A stretch of DNA of 39,574 bases from Hymenobacter sp. (lineage in GTDB: Bacteria; Bacteroidota; Bacteroidia; Cytophagales; Hymenobacteraceae), in assembly GCA_031428075.1 (NCBI GenBank), contig JANPOR010000554.1, positions 1 to 39,574 on the forward strand, given 5' to 3'. The notes under the pieces were generated by a model. That model was not told the DNA's origin, ran no database searches, and saw only the letters and a program-made list of their open reading frames with translations. Numbering within the stretch: position 1 is the stretch's first letter; every line of letters begins with the position of its first letter. Both the position numbers and the translations under genes were made by a program. Of the stretch, positions 1 to 7,514 are shown piece by piece.

Positions 1-165
1 GACAGCTCGCGCCCGCCCCGCGCCGAGCGCCCCGACGCTCCCGCTCGCCCGCTGGGCGAAACTGGTGCCCCCCGCGAAGGCCGCGGCGGGCGCGGTTCGC
101 GTCGCGGCGGCCGCGGCGAAGGGTCCCCCGGGTCTGGTTCCACTCCTGCGCCGGCCGGCGCGTAA
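1..165 (+). CDS. 3' end of a gene (R/G/P-rich low-complexity tail), probably the PSP1/RicT-domain protein usually found upstream of gldH
   Basis: Frame +1 is open from base 1 (DSSRPPRAERPDAPARP...GSTPAPAGA) to TAA at 163-165. The identity is inferred only from typical Bacteroidota synteny with gldH. Confidence 0.5.
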   Translation, partial: DSSRPPRAERPDAPARPLGETGAPREGRGGRGSRRGGRGEGSPGSGSTPAPAGA

Positions 166-181
166 GCCCTTAGATAAGCTG

Positions 182-697
182 ATGATCCCTTCTTTCAACC
201 CGAAGCTTTTGGCAAAATCCCGGGGGCTCGTGGCTGCGCTGGGGCTGCTGGGATTGGCCGGCTGCGACCCCAACCGGGTATTTGAGGAAAATACTGATTT
301 TCCCAACAACTCGTGGGACGTGCAGCGCAAGCCCGCGTTTACGTTCGCCATTGCCGACACAGCGGCGCGTTACGACGTGTATTTCGACGTGCGCAACGCC
401 TCGGTGTACCCGTTTTACAACCTCTACGTGAAGGCTACTTTGACGGGCCCGGGCGGCTTGGTGGGGCCTCCCTTGCTGCACCAGATGCTGCTGATGGACC
501 CCAAAACCGGTGAGCCCCGCGGTAGCGGAACCGGCGATATCTACGACCATCAAGTGCTGGCCCTACCCCGCCAGCGCTTTGCTCGTTTAGGCAATTACAC
601 TCTCACCCTGGAGCAGTTTATGCGCCAGGACCAGCTGCCCGGGCTGATGGCCGTGGGCGTGCGCGTGGCCAAGCACCAGGACCCCATCAAGAAGTAG
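182..697 (+). CDS. gldH: Gliding motility lipoprotein GldH
   Basis: Lipobox LAGC followed by DPNRVFEEN; contains YPFYNLY, PKTGEPRGSG-GDIY and LEQFMR-DQLPGLMAVG motifs typical of GldH. ATG at 182 gives a proper signal peptide. Confidence 0.9.
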   Translation: MIPSFNPKLLAKSRGLVAALGLLGLAGCDPNRVFEENTDFPNNSWDVQRKPAFTFAIADTAARYDVYFDVRNASVYPFYNLYVKATLTGPGGLVGPPLLHQMLLMDPKTGEPRGSGTGDIYDHQVLALPRQRFARLGNYTLTLEQFMRQDQLPGLMAVGVRVAKHQDPIKK

Positions 698-1251
698 CAG
701 ACGCTGCGACCGATGCAACCAGATTCTAACCCAAGCCAATTGTACGCCAGTTGGTGCTGCACCCGGTGCTGTTCGAGCTGGGGACTTAAGAGCCCGGCCG
801 AGTTCTTAAGTTCCCAGCGGATAGGCAAACACGATGGGCAACGCCGATGAAAGTCCATCCAGCACACGGTGGGTCGTGAGGACCGCTTGGCCCGTGCCGT
901 GCGCTGGCCGAACAGCGCCGGCTATATAGGGCCCCGATGGTCCTGTACACGACGAAAGTGAAGGCATGGTGGTAGTCAAAATCGACGGGCGGTTGTCAGT
1001 AAATGTGGTTGAGGGCCAGTCGGCGGCGCGGGTTTGCACGTTAAGCACTTTTGCCATGGGCAAGCAAGGGACTGTTGAAAAAGACGAGTTTGGTCGTCCA
1101 GCGACGTCGTTGATTTAATTAAAAAGGGGCCCTCTGGGCCCAGCCCCCATTGCTTTCTTGGTAAATCGATGCTGTTAACCCCTCAACTGTTTAGCGTGTA
1201 CTCCCGCCCCGCCGGTACCAGCCCGTGGTTCATACTTCACCAACCGAAATA

Positions 1252-1815
1252 ATGAAGATCTACATTAAATATATGGTAAGCAGGCGCTGCAAAATCCTGA
1301 TCCAAGACGAGTTGCTTAAACTCGGGCTGCACTATGGGGCAGTGGAGTTGGGGGAAGTGGAAGTCAAAGGACCTGTTACGGCCGAACAGCGTGACCAATT
1401 GAAAGCTGCCCTGTTGAAGTCGGGACTAGAGCTGATGGACGACAAAAGAGCTATTCTGATAGAAAAGATAAAAAATATCATTGTTCAAATAGTGCATTAC
1501 ACTGACGAAGGATTGAAAACAAAAAATTCTGACTTTATTAGTGAAAAGCTTAACCTTGACTATACCTACCTCGCCAACCTTTTTTCGGAAACCACGGGCA
1601 TCACAATTGAGCATTATATCATTGCGCAAAAGATTGAACGGGTAAAAGAACTGCTTCTGTATGATGAGCTTACGCTCACACAAATAGCTAATGATGTGGG
1701 ATATAGTAGCGTTAGTCATTTGTCTAATCAATTTAAGAAAGCCACTGGATTAACGCCAACTTATTTTAAACAGATCAAACAATACAAGCGGCGTCTTGCG
1801 CTTGAGGACGTGTGA
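1252..1815 (+). CDS. AraC-family transcriptional regulator (Bacteroidota short type)
   Basis: C-terminal double HTH (YTYLANLFSETTGITIEHY...LTQIANDVGYSSVSHLSNQFKKATGLTPTYFK); N-terminal MKIYIKYMVSRRC. Visibly more AT-rich than its neighbours. Confidence 0.92.
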   Translation: MKIYIKYMVSRRCKILIQDELLKLGLHYGAVELGEVEVKGPVTAEQRDQLKAALLKSGLELMDDKRAILIEKIKNIIVQIVHYTDEGLKTKNSDFISEKLNLDYTYLANLFSETTGITIEHYIIAQKIERVKELLLYDELTLTQIANDVGYSSVSHLSNQFKKATGLTPTYFKQIKQYKRRLALEDV

Positions 1816-1845
1816 ATGATGCAAACGATTTCCATGATTATGTAA
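1816..1845 (+). promoter_or_regulatory. Putative tandem AraC half-sites (direct repeat, 21-bp period) upstream of the ice-binding gene
   Basis: ATGATGCAA (1816-1824) and ATTATGTAA (1837-1845), 7/9 identical and exactly 21 bp apart. Confidence 0.4.
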
Positions 1846-1915
1846 AATTTTCTAGAATGAAGCGGGGGAGATTTGCCACGTGAAAATGACTTCACATCGG
1901 CAAAATCTAAAAATT

Positions 1916-4498
1916 ATGAAAACAAGTTTATTGCTTATCGTGACCTCGGTCACTTTATTGGTTTTCCCCAAAGCAAGTAATGGACAAATCGCGCCGCCTT
2001 TAGGCGCAGCATCCAGCTTTGCCTTGTTCACTGCGGTTGGCGCGGTCGACAATCATGGTCCATCCGTCATCAACGGCGACATTGGGACCAATGCGGGGGC
2101 TTTCAACGGGTTTCCGCCCGGCGTGGTAAAGGGCAACATTCACGTGGCGGATACTTATGCTACGCAAGCGGCCACGGATGTGCAGGCGGCTTACGCTCAC
2201 ATGTCGGGCATTACCTATGTAACGGAAAAGGCGGTGTACGGTGGAACGCCGCCCGTGGCCCTGCTGCCCGGCTCGTACTTCGTGAAACAAGCCACTACCC
2301 TGGCCGGAACGCTGATTTTGGACGGGGGCGGTGACCCGAACGCGAAATTTTTCCTCATGGTAAACGGTGCCTTAACCACGGGCGCTAACTCCCGTGTGGT
2401 GATGCAAAACGGCGCCGACCCCAGCAACGTGTATTGGCAGATCAGGGGCCTGGTTACACTAGGGCAAAACTCGGTGATGCGCGGCACGCTGCTGGTTGAT
2501 GGCGCCATCAACTTAGTCACTGGCGCGCTGCTGGAAGGCCGGGGGCTTTCGCGCGCGGGGGCCATTTCGCCAACTTCGAGCACGGCCACTTTGCCGCTAC
2601 CAGCTATAGTTCCGGCACTTACTAAGACCTTCTGGCTGGGCAATCCGTTCGGCACGGGCACCACGGACTGGTTCACGCCCGGCAACTGGTCGAACGGCGT
2701 GCCCACCAGCGTGCTGGATGCCATTGTACCCACTGGTACGTCGCCTTACCCGCTGGTTGCCAGCGGCAGCGCGGTGGCCAAAAGCCTGACCATTGGCTCC
2801 GGGGCCAGCTTTATGCAGGGCGGTGGCGCGCTCGACGTGAAAGGCAGCGTAGATAACAGCGGCACCATCAGCGCGACGGCGGGTACTGTGCGCCTGAGCG
2901 GCACCACGGCGCAGGCCATCGGCGGCAGCGGCAATACCCAGTTTTGGAGCCTGGCCGTTGCCAACACCGCAGGGGCTAGCCAAGCCGGGGCGGTAAGCGT
3001 ACACGGCGTCTTGGCCCTGACCACCGGTGGCCTCGCCACCAACGGCAATCCGCTGACGCTGCTTTCCGACGCGGCCGGCACGGCCCTGGTGGACAACATC
3101 GGCGGCACAGTGAACGGCACAACCACCGTGCAGCGCTACATCGACCCAACTTTTAACACTAAATCGGGTTATCGCCACTATAGCTCGCCAGTGGCCAATA
3201 CCATCTTCAACGACTTGGCCACACCGGGCTTCGCGCCGATTTTCAACCAAGCCTATAACACCACGGGCAACACGGCGACGCCTTTCCCGAACGTGTTCGG
3301 CTACGACCAGGCTCGCGTGACGAGCCCCGCTGACGCGGCCACCGCTTTTGACCAGGGCTTTCTGGTGCCCGCGGGCACCGACGCGATGGGCGTAATGAGC
3401 GGCTACACCGTGAACATTGGCGCCGACCAAGTAGTGGACCTGACGGGTACCCTCAACAACGGTCCCGTAAGCCGCAACCTCACCCGCGGTACCCAGCCCC
3501 AGAGCGGCTGGCAGCTGCTGGGAAACCCTTATCCTTCGCCCATCGACTTCAGCCAGACCGGTGGCGTAGTGCGGACCAACGTGGATGATGCCGTGTACGT
3601 GTGCCAGAGCACGGGCCAGTACGCCGGCCAGTACCGCAGCTATGTGCGCGGCATGGGCGACCCGTTGGTGGCCTCTATGCAGGGCTTCTTCGTCCGGGTG
3701 AGCGACGGGCAAGCCTCGGGCACTTTCGCCCTCAACAACGCGGCCCGGGTGACGAGCCTTGACAAGGCCCCCATCTTCAACCGGGGCACCGCCGACGCCC
3801 GCCCCCTAGTGCGGCTGCACCTGCAAGGCAGCGCCCAGGCCATGCCTGACGAGGCTTTCGTTTACTTCGAGCAGGGCGCTTCGGCCGCTTTCGATGCCCA
3901 CTTCGATGCTTTCAAGCTGCCTAACTCGTCAGGGCTGAGCGTGAGTAGCATCACGGCCAATAACGACTTGTCGGTGAACGGACTTGCGCCGCTGACTAGT
4001 ACCACCACGGTGCTGCTGAACGTACACGTGCCCGCCGCCGGTACCTACACCTTGAAAGCCACCAGCCTGCTCAACTTCGGGGTCGGCACCCAGGTGCTGC
4101 TGCTCGATACCGAAACCGGCGCGCGCATCAATCTGAGCCAGCAGCCGAGCTACACCTTTCAGGCTAGCGCCACGGCGCTGCCGGGCCGCTTCGACCTGTA
4201 CTTCAGTCCTGCCTCGGCGCTGGCCACCAACGCGGCAGCGCTGGCCCAGCAGGTACAGCTGTACCCGAACCCTGCGCAGGGAAGCTTCACGCTGATGCTG
4301 CCCGCCGAGCTGGGCCGCACGCCCGTATCGGTGAAGGTTATCAACCAACTCGGCCAGCTCGTGTCGGAGCGCACAGTGGCCATGACGGCGGCCGGTGCTA
4401 GCGCCCAGTTTGATGCGTCGGCCCTCGCTCCGGGCGTGTACTCCCTGCTCCTCACCTCCGCCAATGGCCAAGTGGCAAAGCGGATGGTAATAAAGTAG
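1916..4498 (+). CDS. Ice-binding protein (DUF3494/IBP-1 domain) with beta-helical stalk and T9SS type A C-terminal sorting domain
   Basis: Signal peptide, then LGAASSFALFT...INGDIGT...ATQAATDVQAAY...LDGGGDPNAKF...NVYWQI (DUF3494 pattern). C-terminus QLYPNPAQ...GVYSLLL...KRMVIK is a T9SS CTD. Confidence 0.9.
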   Translation: MKTSLLLIVTSVTLLVFPKASNGQIAPPLGAASSFALFTAVGAVDNHGPSVINGDIGTNAGAFNGFPPGVVKGNIHVADTYATQAATDVQAAYAHMSGITYVTEKAVYGGTPPVALLPGSYFVKQATTLAGTLILDGGGDPNAKFFLMVNGALTTGANSRVVMQNGADPSNVYWQIRGLVTLGQNSVMRGTLLVDGAINLVTGALLEGRGLSRAGAISPTSSTATLPLPAIVPALTKTFWLGNPFGTGTTDWFTPGNWSNGVPTSVLDAIVPTGTSPYPLVASGSAVAKSLTIGSGASFMQGGGALDVKGSVDNSGTISATAGTVRLSGTTAQAIGGSGNTQFWSLAVANTAGASQAGAVSVHGVLALTTGGLATNGNPLTLLSDAAGTALVDNIGGTVNGTTTVQRYIDPTFNTKSGYRHYSSPVANTIFNDLATPGFAPIFNQAYNTTGNTATPFPNVFGYDQARVTSPADAATAFDQGFLVPAGTDAMGVMSGYTVNIGADQVVDLTGTLNNGPVSRNLTRGTQPQSGWQLLGNPYPSPIDFSQTGGVVRTNVDDAVYVCQSTGQYAGQYRSYVRGMGDPLVASMQGFFVRVSDGQASGTFALNNAARVTSLDKAPIFNRGTADARPLVRLHLQGSAQAMPDEAFVYFEQGASAAFDAHFDAFKLPNSSGLSVSSITANNDLSVNGLAPLTSTTTVLLNVHVPAAGTYTLKATSLLNFGVGTQVLLLDTETGARINLSQQPSYTFQASATALPGRFDLYFSPASALATNAAALAQQVQLYPNPAQGSFTLMLPAELGRTPVSVKVINQLGQLVSERTVAMTAAGASAQFDASALAPGVYSLLLTSANGQVAKRMVIK

Positions 4499-4614
4499 AA
4501 AAATAACGGATACCTCCGACTTACCGCCCCCGACCGAATCAACAGGCCGGGGGCTTGGCCAGCCCTTTGGCTTGGCCAGCCTCCCAACTTTTGCCAACTC
4601 TTTTCCTTATCAAT

Positions 4615-4833
4615 ATGAATAAGCAGACTTTCATCAGCGCGCTGTGCGGCACGGTATTTAGTGTGCTTGCGCTGGCGGCAACGGCCGTAGCCCAGCCCGG
4701 CACCGTGGGGCCCACCCCACCTCCTAGCAGCGGGCCCACCCAAGTACCCCTCGACGGCGGCGCCTCGCTACTACTCGCCGGTGGCGTTGCTTACGGCCTG
4801 AAGCGCCTGCGCGGGCGTCGCGACAAGGCCTGA
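4615..4833 (+). CDS. Small secreted PID-CTERM protein-sorting-domain protein
   Basis: Signal peptide, Pro-rich linker, then VPLDGGASLLLAGGVAYGLKRLR (PID-CTERM-type motif + TM + basic cluster). Confidence 0.85.
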   Translation: MNKQTFISALCGTVFSVLALAATAVAQPGTVGPTPPPSSGPTQVPLDGGASLLLAGGVAYGLKRLRGRRDKA

Positions 4834-4863
4834 TGCGGAGCCGCCTGTATCAATAACCACCCA

Positions 4864-4896
4864 AAAAAAGCCCCGCCGGATTGGCTGGGCTTTTTT
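4864..4896. terminator. Bidirectional intrinsic terminator
   Basis: AAAAAAGCCC-CGCC...GGCT-GGGCTTTTTT hairpin between convergent genes. Confidence 0.75.
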
Positions 4897-4961
4897 AGGT
4901 ATTGTCGTGTAAAATTAGGTGATGCGATGGGCCATGGTTGACGCCATAAAGTCTATTCGGA

Positions 4962-5156
4962 CTACACGATGCGGGTGACCTCAACGGCGTTGGGGCCCTT
5001 CTTGCCGGCCTTGATACTGAACTGCACCCGGTCGCCTTCCTGAATTTCGTGGATGAGGCCGGTTTGGTGCACGAAGATTTCTTCCTCCGTGCCATCGAGG
5101 ATGATGAATCCGAAGCCTTTGGCATCGTTGTAAAATTTGACGGTACCGGTTTCCAT
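4962..5156 (-). CDS. Cold-shock domain protein (CspA family)
   Basis: METGTVKFYNDAKGFGFI...IFVHQTGL...GKKGPNAVEV; RNP1 and RNP2 motifs, 64 aa. Confidence 0.95.
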   Translation of the reverse strand: METGTVKFYNDAKGFGFIILDGTEEEIFVHQTGLIHEIQEGDRVQFSIKAGKKGPNAVEVTRIV

Positions 5157-5195
5157 AAGCGGGAGGCAATAACAAGAAAATAGACAAGTGGCCCG

Positions 5196-5203
5196 CAAAA
5201 ATA
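5196..5203 (-). promoter_or_regulatory. Bacteroidota -7 promoter element for csp
   Basis: TATTTTTG on the minus strand matches TAnnTTTG, ~40 nt upstream of the ATG. Confidence 0.6.
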
Positions 5204-5306
5204 CGGTCCCGCCCGCAACACCCCGCCTGCGGCCAACCGTGGCCCGAGGCGCGCGTATAGCCCAGGCCCCGCCGGCGGCTTTTTTCACCCACAATTTCTT
5301 CGCCCT

Positions 5307-6548
5307 ATGAGCACGGAAAATCTCAATACCGAACCCAACGACATTGCCGGCAACCGGCTGGGCGGCCCGTTGGGCAACACCGCGGCCCGGCCCGGGCCGC
5401 CTGCCGGCGTGCCCGCCCCGCCCTCAAGTGAACAGTTGGCCAGGGCCGAAACCAGCGTGGGCCAGGGCGGCGTCGACGACCATGACCAGCAAGAAAACAA
5501 GGAGGCTAACCCCGTCGACCTCGACCCTGAGCCCCGCGACCCGGCCGCGACCGGGGAAGCCAGCACTTACGGCGGTAACTTTAGCAATGCGACTCAGGAC
5601 GTGTTCCACGATGCGGCCCGCACCGACAACCAGCAGTCCGATGCCAGCCGGGGTGAATTTGGTCGCCAAGGCACTCACAACACCCACGGCGGCTACGGCA
5701 ATCAGTACCGCGAAGCCGATTACGAGCCCCACGGCTCGGCCGAAGACCGCTACTATGGGGGGCCCGGCGAGCCCGGCCCACAGCACAATTCTTACCTGAT
5801 AGATCCGGAACAGCTGGCCCGTGCCAACGCAACCGGCCCCGAGATGCTCCCCGCGCCCAGCCTTGAAATGCCCGGCCCCGACGGCCGCGGCAACCAGTAT
5901 GACACCCGCAACCTGCCCGGCCGCGCCGACGCCCGCGCCAACCAGCAGAACGATAACAGTGCCGGCCCCGGCCAGGGCCCTGGCTACGCCGCCGATTATG
6001 GCCACACCTCGTTCGGCGGCGGTGGGCCTGCACCAACGGCTTCTGATGCCGACGTGCCGACGCGTAATCAAGGTGAGGATAGCCGCTCGTCGCGCGGGGG
6101 CTACGACAACCAAGGCTCGTCGGCGGGTTCCGGTGGACTGGCCAATACGGGCGCGGCCCCAGCGCCCCCGGCCACGGGCGGCACATCTGCTCTAGACGCC
6201 GCGGGCGAAGGCTACGGCGACCGGGGTCGTCAGGGTGAGGTCCAGCGCCCCAATTACGCCACCGGTGGCGAGCGCAGCGGGTTCGTGCCCGGTCCCAATC
6301 AGCCGGCCGGGGCGCAGCGGCCCGGTTTCGGTTCGCAGGGTGGTTCTTATGACGACCAATACGCCGCCAGCCAGCCCGGGGCCACCGGTGGCTCACCGGC
6401 CAAGGGCGACTATACTCAGCAAGAGTACGACGCCCAAAACAGCGGCCCCGCCGCTCAAGAGGCGTTTCGCCCCGACACGGCTTCCGACGAACAGGCCGAT
6501 ATGGCCCCGCGCCGCAACGCTGCCTGGGACCAGCCCAACGAGGACTAA
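5307..6548 (+). CDS. Hypothetical hydrophilic, intrinsically disordered G/P/D/Q/N-rich protein
   Basis: 413-aa ORF with host-like codon use, no hydrophobic segment and recurring GGYxNQ/GFGxQG motifs; followed by a terminator. Confidence 0.75.
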   Translation: MSTENLNTEPNDIAGNRLGGPLGNTAARPGPPAGVPAPPSSEQLARAETSVGQGGVDDHDQQENKEANPVDLDPEPRDPAATGEASTYGGNFSNATQDVFHDAARTDNQQSDASRGEFGRQGTHNTHGGYGNQYREADYEPHGSAEDRYYGGPGEPGPQHNSYLIDPEQLARANATGPEMLPAPSLEMPGPDGRGNQYDTRNLPGRADARANQQNDNSAGPGQGPGYAADYGHTSFGGGGPAPTASDADVPTRNQGEDSRSSRGGYDNQGSSAGSGGLANTGAAPAPPATGGTSALDAAGEGYGDRGRQGEVQRPNYATGGERSGFVPGPNQPAGAQRPGFGSQGGSYDDQYAASQPGATGGSPAKGDYTQQEYDAQNSGPAAQEAFRPDTASDEQADMAPRRNAAWDQPNED

Positions 6549-6558
6549 TCCCGGCGGG

Positions 6559-6609
6559 CTTCAAACAAAAAGTGCTCCTCAAAAGCTGGGAAGCACTTTT
6601 TGCTTGAAG
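6559..6609 (+). terminator. Intrinsic terminator
   Basis: CTTCAAACAAAAAGTGCT...AGCACTTTTTGCTTGAAG inverted repeat just after the stop at 6548. Confidence 0.7.
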
Positions 6610-6769
6610 TACTTGGAATTAGCTATTAATTTCGTAGCGGCTTGGCGGTTTGGGCGGCGGCGTGGGAGCTGCGACGGTTGTGGCGCCGCCAGGACGAACC
6701 AAGGGGCCCAGCGCCCCAAATCAGGCGGTGGGCTGTAATATTACGCTCCTGTAAGCGTCTTTCTGCGAT

Positions 6770-7354
6770 ATGCCCGCGTCCGCCCGTGCCACCTCTGATT
6801 TTCTCGACGATCTAACCAACGCGTTGTTGGTGCTGCGGGTGCAGGCCCAGCAACGGTTTCGCTCCTTAAGCCCCGAGGTGCTCAACCGTCGTCCCGGCCC
6901 CGGCCCTGGGCCCTGGAGCGTGGGCGAATGCCTTGAACATCTCAATATCGTGGGCGGGCACTTTCTGCCCATCGTGGCAGCGCGCCTGCGTCGGGCCCAG
7001 GAGAAGGGCACCCGGCCCGCGCCCTTCGTAAAGCACGGCTTCGTAGGGGCCCGCATGGTGGAAGACATGCGAATACCGGCCGCCGTCAAGCCCCGCGTGA
7101 CGCCCCAGCGGTACGCGCCCACCGGCACCCGCCTCACCCGCACCGTCACTGAGGTGTACAGCCGCCAGATCGACGAGTTGCTGAGCCTTGTGTTGCGCGC
7201 CCGCCAAGTCAATGCCAACGCCACGCGCATCTCCAACCCGCTGTTTCCACTGTTGCGCCTGCGCCTGACCGACCAACTGGAATACCTTGTGGTGCACTTG
7301 CAGCGCCACGCCGCCCAGGCTGAGCGCGTGCTGGCTGGCCAAACCGACAAGTAG
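6770..7354 (+). CDS. DinB family protein
   Basis: WSVGECLEHL and HLQRH metal-binding His motifs of the DinB/YfiT four-helix fold. Confidence 0.85.
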   Translation: MPASARATSDFLDDLTNALLVLRVQAQQRFRSLSPEVLNRRPGPGPGPWSVGECLEHLNIVGGHFLPIVAARLRRAQEKGTRPAPFVKHGFVGARMVEDMRIPAAVKPRVTPQRYAPTGTRLTRTVTEVYSRQIDELLSLVLRARQVNANATRISNPLFPLLRLRLTDQLEYLVVHLQRHAAQAERVLAGQTDK

Positions 7355-7514
7355 GTCCCCGGCGCAAATAACGAATGCCGTGCTGCGGCAAAACACGCCG
7401 GCCGTTTTGTAGGGGGATACTTTAGACGCTCTGAGCCGGCGCAAAATAATTTACGCCGTCCGCGTTTAAGCTGAGCAGGACCGGCCTCTTCCGGGCCCCC
7501 ATCATTCGTCGTTC

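Noticed and set aside
700-1225. ORFs 595-867 and 806-1063 or a gene remnant between gldH and araC
   Set aside because: No recognisable motifs or coherent codon bias; may be decayed DNA but cannot be supported.
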